59,042 bases of DNA, filler included, from 7 parts of 7 records of this genome joined end to end with filler, not necessarily neighbours in it; one strand, 5' to 3'. Shown: positions 31,366-41,119, counted from the first letter of the whole stretch. A program made the numbers and translations. Notes: a model not told the origin generated them from the letters alone.

Positions 31366-32019
31366 ATGATGGATCTTACGGAAGCGATGAAAAAAAGAAG
31401 GAGCACCCGTGCTTTTCTGGAAAAACCGGTGGCCCGGGAGAGGCTGGAACAGCTTGTTCATCTGGCCACACAGGCGCCCTCGGCCATTAACCTTCAGCCA
31501 TGGGAGTTGACCGTTGTGTCCGGAGAAGAGAAAAAGCGATTGAGCCGGTTGCTGGTCAAGCGCATGAAGGAAAGAAACATCTCCTGTGCACCGGGAGCGA
31601 AGAAGCCTCTATCAGAATCGTATGTGGAGAGACAGCGGGGACTTTTGAATACCATTCAACCCCACCTGCCGGAAAATACCGTGTTTCAGGAATTCATTAA
31701 TGAGGGGAGTTGCAACTTTTATGGAGCGCCCACAGCCATCATCATCAGCATGGACCAGGTTTTTTCAAGTGCCAGGCTCACGGACATCGGCGTTCTGGTG
31801 GGTTATCTGGTTCTGGCTGCCCATGGGTTGGGGCTGAGCACCTGTCCCATCGGCCTGATCACGGCATTTGATGAAGAAATTAAAGAGGAACTGAACCTTT
31901 CGGACGAAAAACAGGTGGTCATCGGCGTTGCCGTGGGATACGGCGATCCCGACGCTCCCATCAATGGCGGCCGATCGGAACGGGTTCCCCTTCAGGATGT
32001 TGTGAAATGGCGGCTTTAG
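31366..32019 (+). CDS. Nitroreductase family protein
   Basis: RRSTRAF, APSAINLQPW, LAAHGLGLSTC, VAVGY. Confidence 0.9.
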   Translation: MMDLTEAMKKRRSTRAFLEKPVARERLEQLVHLATQAPSAINLQPWELTVVSGEEKKRLSRLLVKRMKERNISCAPGAKKPLSESYVERQRGLLNTIQPHLPENTVFQEFINEGSCNFYGAPTAIIISMDQVFSSARLTDIGVLVGYLVLAAHGLGLSTCPIGLITAFDEEIKEELNLSDEKQVVIGVAVGYGDPDAPINGGRSERVPLQDVVKWRL

Positions 32020-32876
32020 ACCAAAGCCTTCCGCCATCCCGGAACGGTTACGGCCGGGTGGGGGTGGCTTTTTCCTCCGGCTTTTTCGGTTTTTTTGCAC
32101 ATGCCGGATTTCTGGCGGCCCTTCGGGAAATGAAGATTGTCCCTGTCGCCTTTGCCGGGGCCAGTTCAGGTGCCATTGTGGCGGCCATGGCCGCTACGGA
32201 AATGCCCAGTGAAGACATCCGTGACCTTTTGTTCAACGTTCAAAAAGCCGATTTCTGGGATCCCGATCCCTTCCCCGAGTTTCTGAAAAGCGCCTTGCGG
32301 CTGTTCCGGGGATATGCCGGTTATCTCAGGGGAAATGGTTTTGCACGGCTACTGAAAAAGTTGCCGGCGAAAGGATTTGAGGCATGCCGGTACCCCCTGG
32401 CCATTTCAGCCGTTGATGTAACCCACAGAAGAGAAAAAATCTTTACAAAAGGCGATCTCGTCAAGGCCATTCAGGCCTCGGGGTCGGTCCCCATGCTCTT
32501 TAAGCCCGCTAAAATTGGCGGCGCTCTCTACCTGGATGGCGGCATCAGCGGCAAGGCGCCGGTGGAAGCCCTGGTGGATCTTTGTGATCTGGACAGAATC
32601 CTGATCCATTTCATCCCTTCCGAGAACGTGAAAAAACCGGGCAACGGTTTCATGAAAAAAAAATTCACCCCCTGGCGGATGCAGCACATCGCCATCAATA
32701 CGGCCCGGATGGAAAATTATGAAAGGCAGAAAAGGATCGTGGCATTGCGGGGGGTGGAGGTCATTGAAATCAACTCCGGCGCACCATCCATGGGCCCCAA
32801 CGGCCTGGATAAGGGGCCGGTCGTTTACCAAGCCGCAAAAACCTCGACTTTAAGGCAACTGGAGAAGGTGCTTTAG
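32007..32876 (+). CDS. Patatin-like phospholipase
   Basis: AH.G, GASSG nucleophile, YLDGG. Confidence 0.88.
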   Translation: MAALDQSLPPSRNGYGRVGVAFSSGFFGFFAHAGFLAALREMKIVPVAFAGASSGAIVAAMAATEMPSEDIRDLLFNVQKADFWDPDPFPEFLKSALRLFRGYAGYLRGNGFARLLKKLPAKGFEACRYPLAISAVDVTHRREKIFTKGDLVKAIQASGSVPMLFKPAKIGGALYLDGGISGKAPVEALVDLCDLDRILIHFIPSENVKKPGNGFMKKKFTPWRMQHIAINTARMENYERQKRIVALRGVEVIEINSGAPSMGPNGLDKGPVVYQAAKTSTLRQLEKVL

Positions 32877-32929
32877 GGGATTGCGGACCATTTTTCGATC
32901 TCGAAAAGGAAATTCTTATCACTCCGACG

Positions 32930-33991
32930 ATGACATCCGCTGAACGAGTTCAAGCCGCTGTTTTGCTTAAGGAGCCGGACCGTGTACCTGTTTTCACATT
33001 CCCATTCTCAATTTCGCATCGAGTTTACGGATGTACCTTGGGAGAGTGGATTCAAGATGGCGAATTGGCTGGAAAGAGCGCCGTCCAGTACCAAAAACTG
33101 ATCGGCGACGATATTGTGCTGGGTGGTCTTGACGCCATGACAGAAGCCCGCGGTTTTGGCCAGGAGATTATTTTCCCTAAAGATGCAACCTCTTACCCTA
33201 ACTTTGACAACCCGCTTGTAAAGACCCCGGACGACTACTTCAAATTGGAACGTTACGACCCTACTAAAGCGCCTCGAACGAAGGAGTTGATCAGGCAGGT
33301 TGATGTTATTGCGAACGAACTTGGTTCGACTGTGGCAGTCGCGGCCTGTATAATCGGGCCTTTGGAAACTCTCATTAATATGCGGCCGGCCGAGAAGATG
33401 CTGAGAGACTGCCTGAAATTCAAAGAAGGCGTTATCCATGCCGTGGAGATCATCACCGACGTGGAGCAAGACCTTGTCAAAGCGTTGGTCAAAGCCGGTG
33501 CATCTATTTTTTATAATTGCGTCTCTCTCGGCTCTAATACGATCATGAGCGAGAAGCTCTGGCTGGAGATCGAAGGACCCATTATGGCTCGTTGGGCGGA
33601 AACCGTGCGGGGATGTGGTGCAAAACTTGCGCTTCACAACTGTGCCAACGGCCCCTATGTCCAGGCGCAAATAAATAGCTGCAACCCGGATGTATATCAC
33701 ATCTCCCACCTCCCCCTTGACTGCAAGGACTGGAGGGAAGTCAAAAAGAAATATGGCGGAAAAGTTTGCCTCCAGGGATACGTGGATGCGACCTATCATG
33801 GCGTTTTTGGCAACCCGGAGGAAATAAAAGAAGAGTGCAGGAAGCAGATTCAAGAACTCGGGAAGGGCGGCGGATACATCCTGGGATCCGGATGCGAATA
33901 CCCGTCTAACGCTTCCTTGCTAAATGCCAAGGCAATGGTGGAAGCGGCGGTGCTTTACGGCCCAGATGGGAATCAGGGACCTTTTTCTTAA
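32930..33991 (+). CDS. UroD/MtaA-CmuA family (methylcobamide methyltransferase-like) protein
   Basis: ERV...EPDRVP, EARGFG, LHNC (HxC zinc motif), GGYILGSGCE. Confidence 0.8.
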   Translation: MTSAERVQAAVLLKEPDRVPVFTFPFSISHRVYGCTLGEWIQDGELAGKSAVQYQKLIGDDIVLGGLDAMTEARGFGQEIIFPKDATSYPNFDNPLVKTPDDYFKLERYDPTKAPRTKELIRQVDVIANELGSTVAVAACIIGPLETLINMRPAEKMLRDCLKFKEGVIHAVEIITDVEQDLVKALVKAGASIFYNCVSLGSNTIMSEKLWLEIEGPIMARWAETVRGCGAKLALHNCANGPYVQAQINSCNPDVYHISHLPLDCKDWREVKKKYGGKVCLQGYVDATYHGVFGNPEEIKEECRKQIQELGKGGGYILGSGCEYPSNASLLNAKAMVEAAVLYGPDGNQGPFS

Positions 33992-34012
33992 TGTTTTGTG
34001 GAATAGAGGACA

Positions 34013-35032
34013 ATGACCATCAACTCCTTACGAAATGCCGAAGACATCAACCGAATCGCATTCGGATACATGGCATCCAAGGCCTTGTTCAGCGCATTGG
34101 AGTTCAATGTCTTCTCCATCCTTGCGGAAAATCCACGCACCCTTCGTGCCATCGCCGAGAAGACCGGGATTACCGAGAATCGTGCCGAGATTCTACTGAC
34201 GGCCCTGGTGAGCGTTGGACTGGTGGTGAGGGAAAGTGGGAAGTACTGCAATTCTTCTGCCAGTGATAATTATCTTGTTCCGGGTCGGAAGAACTTTTTC
34301 GGCGATTATCTTCGCATGCAGATTGCTCGACAGATGTACCCATCCATGCAGCGATTGGATTCGGTTTTATCGTCTGGAGAAGACGCCTCACACCTTTGCA
34401 GCTACTCCGATTGGATGAGTGATCCGGAGCAAGCTGAGATTTTCAGCCGTTCGCAGCATATCGGTTCACTGGGCCCCGCTGCGGTTTTCGGCAAACGGGT
34501 GGATCTGACGGGGTGCAAACGTTTGCTCGATGTGGGGGGTGGAACCGGAGCATTCTGCATCGCACTATGCCGCCAATATCCTGAACTCCAGGCCACGATA
34601 ATTGATTTTCCCAACGTTACCAAGGTGGGGTCCGAATTTGTCGCCAGGGCGGGTCTGAGTGACCGCATTGTCTTTCTGGATGCTGATGTGCTTGATACTC
34701 CCTGGCCCGACAATCACGAAGCCGTACTGATGTCATATTTTGTTAGCGCCATTCCCGCCAAACAAATTGGCAAAATATTTAAAATGGCAAGACAAGTGTT
34801 AACACAAGAGGGTTTGCTCCTCATTCATGACTTTATGGTAAACGACGATTTTACCGGGCCGATGCTTTCCGCCCTCTGGACACTTCAACATCTATTATTT
34901 TCACCGGAGACAATGTCTTTAAGCCCTGGAAGGTTGAATAAAAAGCTTGATGAAGCCGGCTTCTCAGTGCTCGATGGGGGTACTTTGATTCCGGGAATGA
35001 CACGTTTCCTGGTTGCAAAGAAAAGAGCTTGA
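34013..35032 (+). CDS. dsyB: DsyB-like SAM-dependent S-methyltransferase (MTHB methyltransferase family)
   Basis: IAFGYMASKALF, FGDYLRMQ..RQMY, SQHIGSLGPA, LDVGGGTGAF, DFPNV, LMSY, IHDFMV...GP..ALWTLQH..F.P, IPGMT; 339 aa. Recognised from recalled DsyB/DSYB motifs, not from a search. Confidence 0.75.
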   Translation: MTINSLRNAEDINRIAFGYMASKALFSALEFNVFSILAENPRTLRAIAEKTGITENRAEILLTALVSVGLVVRESGKYCNSSASDNYLVPGRKNFFGDYLRMQIARQMYPSMQRLDSVLSSGEDASHLCSYSDWMSDPEQAEIFSRSQHIGSLGPAAVFGKRVDLTGCKRLLDVGGGTGAFCIALCRQYPELQATIIDFPNVTKVGSEFVARAGLSDRIVFLDADVLDTPWPDNHEAVLMSYFVSAIPAKQIGKIFKMARQVLTQEGLLLIHDFMVNDDFTGPMLSALWTLQHLLFSPETMSLSPGRLNKKLDEAGFSVLDGGTLIPGMTRFLVAKKRA

Positions 35033-35139
35033 ATCGGGTTGAACGAGATGGAACAACGGGATTTCAATTTCTTCCACACAATCCGCGTACACTATGGCCT
35101 GATTATTTCAGAGGGTCTGAATATGAAATGTTTGCTGGA

Positions 35140-35346
35140 TCACTGGAGATACGGTTCTTCAATCAGTTTGAGCCTGTAGATGGCAACATGCTCAAATCCC
35201 CGGTTCTGAAGTTTTTTGATGTGCCCCCGGACGACATCGATTTTTTCAAGGGGAAATACGCTCGCCTTGTCAAGACCCACAAAGAGATAGGTATCCTCTT
35301 TGACCCGTATATATTCGGTTTTGTTTTTCATGATCAGGAGTTCCAT
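35140..35346 (-). CDS. Small hypothetical protein
   Basis: ORF of about 63-68 aa directly downstream of, and co-oriented with, the hydrolase. Confidence 0.5.
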   Translation of the reverse strand: MELLIMKNKTEYIRVKEDTYLFVGLDKASVFPLEKIDVVRGHIKKLQNRGFEHVAIYRLKLIEEPYLQ

Positions 35347-35352
35347 TGTTTC

Positions 35353-36228
35353 CTACCCCTTGCGGGCTGAATTGTGATCCGTTGAAACATCCACCCTTTC
35401 CAGGTGCCGTGATACAAAGGATTTGATGGCATCCGGATACCGGGGGTCCAGACTGGAGTTGCTGTGGTTGGACCCTGTGGCCACAAATAATTCCGCCCCT
35501 CCCCCGGGGAAACCGTCCCGCAGGCGCCAGGCGTGGTGAAGGGGAAAGCTCCGGTCCTTTTCGCCGTGGATGATCAGCACCGGTACATGAATGCGTTGAG
35601 CCAGTCGCTCGGGGCTTATGCCATCCATTTGAAACCCATAGTAAATATCCATCCACAAAACGATCATGGGTCCAAAAAACCAACCGAAAACAAGGTTAAC
35701 GCTCCTGTAAAGGTTGCGCAGGCCTTCTTTCGTCCTCGCATAACACCCTTCCAGAAACAGCAGCCTGATACGATCCGGATACCGGGAGGCTGCCAGAATG
35801 GCGCCGGCAGCTCCCGCGGAATGCCCATACAGAAGGACCGGTTCGTCCAGCCGGTTCAGGATTGCTTCAATATCTTCGGCAAAACGGAAGGCGTTCATGG
35901 ACCGGTTGGGGCTGGAATTGCCATGGTCCCTGGCACTGTGGAAGACCGTTTTAAACCCCAGTTTGCCGAGAATTCTGGCCCGAGCCGTCATTCGATCCCG
36001 GTTTCGACTCCACCCATGGGCCAGCAGAACGGTCCCCCTTGAGGGACTTTCCGGTTCCACAATCCATGTTTCCAGCATTCCTCCGTCCACGGTGGGGATT
36101 TGAATATCTTCAACGTGACCCCAGTCGGGTTTATCCTGAACCGGCCTGCGGGGAATTTGATGGAGGAGATATGTCAGAAAGAGCGTCAATAGCAGATAAA
36201 CCGCTGCCGCAACAATGAGGAACCCCAT
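35353..36228 (-). CDS. Membrane-anchored alpha/beta hydrolase
   Basis: N-terminal TM, HGW, GHSAG, IIHGEKD, H of the triad. Confidence 0.88.
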   Translation of the reverse strand: MGFLIVAAAVYLLLTLFLTYLLHQIPRRPVQDKPDWGHVEDIQIPTVDGGMLETWIVEPESPSRGTVLLAHGWSRNRDRMTARARILGKLGFKTVFHSARDHGNSSPNRSMNAFRFAEDIEAILNRLDEPVLLYGHSAGAAGAILAASRYPDRIRLLFLEGCYARTKEGLRNLYRSVNLVFGWFFGPMIVLWMDIYYGFQMDGISPERLAQRIHVPVLIIHGEKDRSFPLHHAWRLRDGFPGGGAELFVATGSNHSNSSLDPRYPDAIKSFVSRHLERVDVSTDHNSARKG

Positions 36229-36254
36229 GAATAATCGGCCACTCCTTATGTTTG

Positions 36255-36683
36255 TTAACCGTTATTGAGGATGTCTGAGATATTTTCAGCTGTTGCTTTG
36301 ATCTCATCCATATCCCCGGGTACGATTTCCCATTTTGAAACCGGAAGGTCGGGCCCCCCCGGAATTTTTGGGATCAGGTGAAGGTGGTAGTGCATGACCA
36401 CCTGATTGACGCCTCTTCCGTTGAGCTGAACGCAGGCCACGCCCGATGCCTTCAATGCCTTGTCGATTCCCGCCATCACTTTTTTGGATGCCCTGTGCAC
36501 GGCGGCGAGATCTTCATCGGAAATTTCCTTGAGATTTTCCGCATGGTTTTTGGGAATAATCAGGGTGTGTCCCGGAGATATGGGATTAATGTCCAAAAAC
36601 GCCAGAACCCGGTCATCCTCATACACCTTGAAACTTGGAATTTCCCCTTTAATGATTTTACAAAAGATGCAGTCTTCCATCAT
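36255..36683 (-). CDS. HIT family protein
   Basis: CIFCKI, FLDINP..PGHTL, HYHLH. Confidence 0.93.
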   Translation of the reverse strand: MMEDCIFCKIIKGEIPSFKVYEDDRVLAFLDINPISPGHTLIIPKNHAENLKEISDEDLAAVHRASKKVMAGIDKALKASGVACVQLNGRGVNQVVMHYHLHLIPKIPGGPDLPVSKWEIVPGDMDEIKATAENISDILNNG

Positions 36684-36690
36684 CGACCTC

Positions 36691-36999
36691 CTAGTCCGCC
36701 AATCCGTTTTTTTGGATAATGCCTTGAATCAACAACTTTTTTTCTTCAGCCATATCAGACGCCTTTTTAATGTTCATGGACCGCATGACGTCATAGGACC
36801 CATCTTCAAAGACCACCGGCACCTGGGTGATGTAATCCGGATGGTGGCAACAACCCGGTGCAAAATAGCGACCTGCTCTTCCTCCCTCGCGAAGGGTTTT
36901 TTGCGCCCTGTCATACATGTCCTGGTTCATAACCATACCGACCTGCCCATTGAAAGCGGCGACCGTTTGCCCTGGATCAAAAAGTCTTTTTTTTTCCAC
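36691..36999 (-). CDS. Hypothetical protein
   Basis: 102-aa ORF with GGAGG RBS, in operon position; YFAPGCCHHPDY motif. Confidence 0.7.
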   Translation of the reverse strand: MEKKRLFDPGQTVAAFNGQVGMVMNQDMYDRAQKTLREGGRAGRYFAPGCCHHPDYITQVPVVFEDGSYDVMRSMNIKKASDMAEEKKLLIQGIIQKNGLAD

Positions 37000-37023
37000 C
37001 GTTGTTTTTTCCTCCGTCCCTGT

Positions 37024-37662
37024 CTACTGATTATCCGGAAGGTTTATGGACGAAACAAGCTGTTTAAGGGGTTTAAGGCCGTGGTCCCCCGCTTGATCAA
37101 TGAGTGAAATAAGGGTTTTGAGAGCTCTGGGAATATGAGTCTCAAAATGGGTTTTTTTCATGATCTTTGACAGGAATGAAAAGGCCCCCAGGATCTGAAG
37201 GTTCCGTTGTATGGCCAGATAGGGATAGTCCCGCTTAAATGGGGCGACCCATGCGGGATTGCGGTTTGCGATCAGGGCTACATAGAGGTCGTAGATTTCC
37301 TGCTTCTGGAAATCTGATAACCGCACATAGGGGTCAATCAGAAGCGACGAGAGATCATAGGCCAGGGGGCCCAGCCGCCCGCCCTGCCAGTCGATGATGC
37401 CGATTCTTTCACCCTTCACCATAATGTTTCTGGATTGAAAATCCCGATGCATGAAGAACCGTCCATCCGCCCGAGACGCCTTTTCCGCCAGTTGATCAAA
37501 GGCGGTTTCAAGACCTAGGCCTACCTTTTCATACCCCAGAAAACCTTTCAGAAAGGCATCCCTGAAATAGTGGGCTTCATATTTCCGCATTACGGTTCGA
37601 TCATAACGCTCGGTTTGACAGCACCATGCGGGGTCAAATCCTTCTCCTCCCTGAACCTGTAA
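37024..37662 (-). CDS. Aminoglycoside-phosphotransferase-like kinase (AmgK-like), 5'-truncated
   Basis: HRDFQSRNIM, IDWQG.R.GP..YDL.SLL.D, QRNLQILGAF; frame open to the contig edge. Confidence 0.85.
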   Translation of the reverse strand, partial: LQVQGGEGFDPAWCCQTERYDRTVMRKYEAHYFRDAFLKGFLGYEKVGLGLETAFDQLAEKASRADGRFFMHRDFQSRNIMVKGERIGIIDWQGGRLGPLAYDLSSLLIDPYVRLSDFQKQEIYDLYVALIANRNPAWVAPFKRDYPYLAIQRNLQILGAFSFLSKIMKKTHFETHIPRALKTLISLIDQAGDHGLKPLKQLVSSINLPDNQ

Positions 37663-37762
37663 NNNNNNNNNNNNNNNNNNNNNNNNNNNNNNNNNNNNNN
37701 NNNNNNTTAATTAATTAANNNNNNNNNNNNNNNNNNNNNNNNNNNNNNNNNNNNNNNNNNNN
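37663..37762. other. Artificial contig spacer
   Basis: N/TTAATTAATTAA/N. Confidence 0.97.
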
Positions 37763-37884
37763 AAACCTGATAATAGCCATATTAACAGTGTTTCATCTCT
37801 TCTTCGGCCCGGACCTTGCCTGTCCGGGCCGAAACCGTTTACGCCTATTTAGCAGCTTTTTAAAAAACTTACTGATTTTGGATC

Positions 37885-37914
37885 TTGACAAAAAGTATAA
37901 CATTGTTATACTTT
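37885..37914 (+). promoter_or_regulatory. sigma70 promoter overlapped by a perfect palindrome (probable TetR operator)
   Basis: TTGACA-N16-TATACT; AAAGTATAACA-T-TGTTATACTTT at 37892-37914. Confidence 0.7.
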
Positions 37915-37950
37915 ATTGGAAGTTATTGATAAAATTCTTCCAAGGATGTC

Positions 37951-38616
37951 ATGTCCTCATTAAGAGCCCAAAATATAGAGAAAAACAAGCAGCGCATCCT
38001 GGCGGCCGCCCGCGATATTATCCTGGAAAAAGGCATTGATGCTCTTTCCATAAGGAAGCTGGCCGACGCTTCGAAACTGGCCCTCAGGACGATCTATAAC
38101 CTTTACGGCGCCAAGGAAAATGTCATCATTGCGGTTTTAGAACAGGGAACCAAGGGCATTGAAGAGGCGATTACGGAACTGGAAAACTCCATGGCCCGGG
38201 GGCCTTGGAAGACGGAATATTATATGGACTGGATAAGTTCGGTTGAACGCGTCTTTCTTGACAACAAAGAACTTCTTAAGCCTGCCATGCTGGCCGGTGA
38301 GACACTGAGTCAACTTGGTTCAGGCGACGCTTCCGCCATGCACGGGAGACGTATACGGAAATTTAGAAATGTCCTGCAAATGGCCGCGGATAGCAACTTG
38401 ATTTGGAATGACCTGGACATGGAAGTAGTTACCCATCTCATGTACCGCAACTACATGAGCGTGGCCGTGCAATGGGCACAAGGGGAAATAGACGACCGGG
38501 AACTGGTGGTTCATGGCCGGTATAATATCCTTTCAATGCTGCACACCCTGATTAATGAAGCTCCGCGGCGTGAGAGAACCCTGGAACTTCTGAGAGAATT
38601 AAAGGATTTTACATAA
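37951..38616 (+). CDS. TetR/AcrR transcriptional regulator
   Basis: ILAAARDII.EKG....SIRKLA.......TIYNLYGAKE helix-turn-helix. Confidence 0.9.
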   Translation: MSSLRAQNIEKNKQRILAAARDIILEKGIDALSIRKLADASKLALRTIYNLYGAKENVIIAVLEQGTKGIEEAITELENSMARGPWKTEYYMDWISSVERVFLDNKELLKPAMLAGETLSQLGSGDASAMHGRRIRKFRNVLQMAADSNLIWNDLDMEVVTHLMYRNYMSVAVQWAQGEIDDRELVVHGRYNILSMLHTLINEAPRRERTLELLRELKDFT

Positions 38617-38713
38617 ATTAATAAATGCCCTTTTGAATGAGAATTAAGTTGGTCTTGATAAAAACAGGAAAAACATCTGTTTGAAGAAAATCAACAATCA
38701 GGGAGAACATCCT

Positions 38714-41119
38714 ATGAAGCTGCTAAAAATCATACTGATTATTGTGCTGGTCCTTACTGCATCGGCTTTTGCCGCTTTTCATTTCTTTTTTAAACTGCCT
38801 GTTCCTGAATATTCCGGGACCATACAGATTGCCGGCCTGACCGATCAGGTAACTGTAAAAACCGACCAGTATGGAATACCTCATGTTTTTGCTGAAAATG
38901 AAAAAGATCTGTTTTTTGCTCAAGGCTATATTACAGCCAGGGAAAGGCTGTTTCAAATGGACATGACTCGGATGGCGGGTCGCGGAGAATTATCCTCAAT
39001 TTTTGGCGAAAGAACTATTGATAAGGATCGTTTCTTGAAAACTGTCGGTTTTTATCGCCAATCGAAAAAGAACTACCAGATTCTGTCGGAGGAAAGTAAA
39101 GAAATCCTCAAGGCATATGCCGACGGCGTGAATGCCTATATTAGAACCTGCAAGAATTTGCCAAGGGAATATGTGTTCCTGGGGGCCAAGCCGGAACCTT
39201 GGGTTCCAGAAGATTCCATGGTCATAACCATGCTCATGTCTTACAGCCTGACCCGTTCCAAGAAAGTCGACCTGATTTTAAACAAAATAAGGGAGCAAAA
39301 AGGCGACGAGATTATAAAAAGCATTTCTCCTTCTTTTCCTGATTTTGCGCCTACATTGACAAAGAGTCGAAACCCAGTGACTTCGGAAGTATTTAAAACC
39401 CCGGGCGGCATTAATACAGGCGTTACCAAGGCGCTTGTGGAAGACGATGATGTTTTTCCCTTTTCATTCGATATTGCAGCCTCCAACTGGATGATTTTTT
39501 CTCCTCAATTGACAAGCACAGGCAAGGCTCTTTTTGCCGGAAGCCCGGATCTGTCGCCGACTCTGCCTGCTATGTTCTATATCATACATTTAAAAACAGA
39601 AGAGATTGACATCATCGGCGGCGCCATTCCGGGCGTGCCGGGTTTAGGTCCATTAGGGTTTAACGGCACATTTGCCTGGAGTGCGGTGAACGGACGAGGG
39701 GACGAACTGGACTATTTTATAGAAAAAATAAATCCGGAAAATCCGAACCAATACCTGACTGAAAATGGTTATAAAGACTTTGAGCTTATTGAGGAAACCC
39801 TCAGAATCAAGGGTGAAGATGGAATTCGCGAAGAAAAGCTCACGGTCAGGATTTCCCGACACGGGCCGATTATATCCAGTGTTATGCCTGAGGCCCCGGA
39901 AAACTGCTCCATGCAGTGGACAGCCCTTGAGTTGCCGGGCCGGGACATTGACGGGCTCGTTGGTTTACTCGGGGCGAAAAATTTCGAAGAATTCAGGACC
40001 GGCCTAAGCCTGGTCAGGACCATGAATTTGAATATCGGATACGCGGATATAAACGGTAATATCGGGTGGCAATTCACGGCCGGACCTCCCATAAGAAAAA
40101 AAGGCAACGGATCGCTGCCGGTTCCCGGGTGGACTGGCGAGTATGACTGGCAGGGATTTGTTCCTTTTGAAGATTTGCCATATGATTACAACCCGGAAAA
40201 AGGATATGCGGCGTCTTTTAATAATGACCCCGGCAATGTGGACTATTACCTGACCAATTATTATTTGTTTGAAAGGGCTATACGGTTTGAGCAGATAATG
40301 GCTGACCGGGGCGATAAGCCGGTTGATTTTTCCCAATTAAAAGAAATGCAGTTGGACAGGATTTCCGTGGTGGCCCAAAGATGGGTTCCGCTGATATTAG
40401 ATGCCTGTAAGTCTGACAATAACCTCAAGCCTTATACGACCCTTCTTGAAAACTGGGATTTTTCAATCGACATGCAAAGTTCGGCGGCAACGATTTTCAA
40501 CTTCTTTTACTACTTGATGATGAAAAACACTCTCATGGATGAAGTGGGCGAAGAAATGTGGGAAAATGGCCTCGGCAATGAATACCTTTACTATATTCCC
40601 GATTTAGCGCTTACAAAAATTATAAAAGACAATAAGAATAATCTGTATGACGACAAGGCCACCAAGGACATTCAGGAAAGCCGGGACGATATTATTAAAA
40701 AAAGCATGGACCAGACCATTGAATTTCTGTCTGAAACTTTTGGAGAGGATACCGGCAAATGGAAATGGGGCCTGGTCCATAAAATGAGTTTTAATCACCC
40801 GCTGGGGGAAAAGCTCTTCTTTTTAAACCTTGATCCCGTTGCGACCCATGGCTCTCATCACACCATAAACTCGGGGTTCTGGACTCCCAAGAGGCCGCTT
40901 GAAATGACCTCGGGCGGGGTCATTCGGATTATGGTTGATTTTGCCGACATTGAAAAGTCCACCATCATCAGCCCGCCCGGGCAGTCCGGGCATTATAAAA
41001 GCCCATATTATGACGATATGGCTGAAACATGGGCTAAAGGCGACCAGGTTCCCATGAGATACAAATCAGCCATGGACCTGGATAAGACATTAATCCTGAC
41101 GCCTGCTTCCAGTAATTAA
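38714..41119 (+). CDS. Penicillin acylase / S45 Ntn-hydrolase
   Basis: D.YGIPHVFA, FAQGY..A.ERLFQMD..R...GELS, beta-chain SNW, HGP, PGQSG..SPYYDD. Start taken at MKLLK behind a GGAG RBS. Confidence 0.9.
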   Translation: MKLLKIILIIVLVLTASAFAAFHFFFKLPVPEYSGTIQIAGLTDQVTVKTDQYGIPHVFAENEKDLFFAQGYITARERLFQMDMTRMAGRGELSSIFGERTIDKDRFLKTVGFYRQSKKNYQILSEESKEILKAYADGVNAYIRTCKNLPREYVFLGAKPEPWVPEDSMVITMLMSYSLTRSKKVDLILNKIREQKGDEIIKSISPSFPDFAPTLTKSRNPVTSEVFKTPGGINTGVTKALVEDDDVFPFSFDIAASNWMIFSPQLTSTGKALFAGSPDLSPTLPAMFYIIHLKTEEIDIIGGAIPGVPGLGPLGFNGTFAWSAVNGRGDELDYFIEKINPENPNQYLTENGYKDFELIEETLRIKGEDGIREEKLTVRISRHGPIISSVMPEAPENCSMQWTALELPGRDIDGLVGLLGAKNFEEFRTGLSLVRTMNLNIGYADINGNIGWQFTAGPPIRKKGNGSLPVPGWTGEYDWQGFVPFEDLPYDYNPEKGYAASFNNDPGNVDYYLTNYYLFERAIRFEQIMADRGDKPVDFSQLKEMQLDRISVVAQRWVPLILDACKSDNNLKPYTTLLENWDFSIDMQSSAATIFNFFYYLMMKNTLMDEVGEEMWENGLGNEYLYYIPDLALTKIIKDNKNNLYDDKATKDIQESRDDIIKKSMDQTIEFLSETFGEDTGKWKWGLVHKMSFNHPLGEKLFFLNLDPVATHGSHHTINSGFWTPKRPLEMTSGGVIRIMVDFADIEKSTIISPPGQSGHYKSPYYDDMAETWAKGDQVPMRYKSAMDLDKTLILTPASSN

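Noticed and set aside
33008-33853. 281-aa antisense ORF (likewise 24476-25294, 51342-52217 and the many short overlapping ORFs)
   Set aside because: They overlap well-supported genes and have no recognisable motifs.
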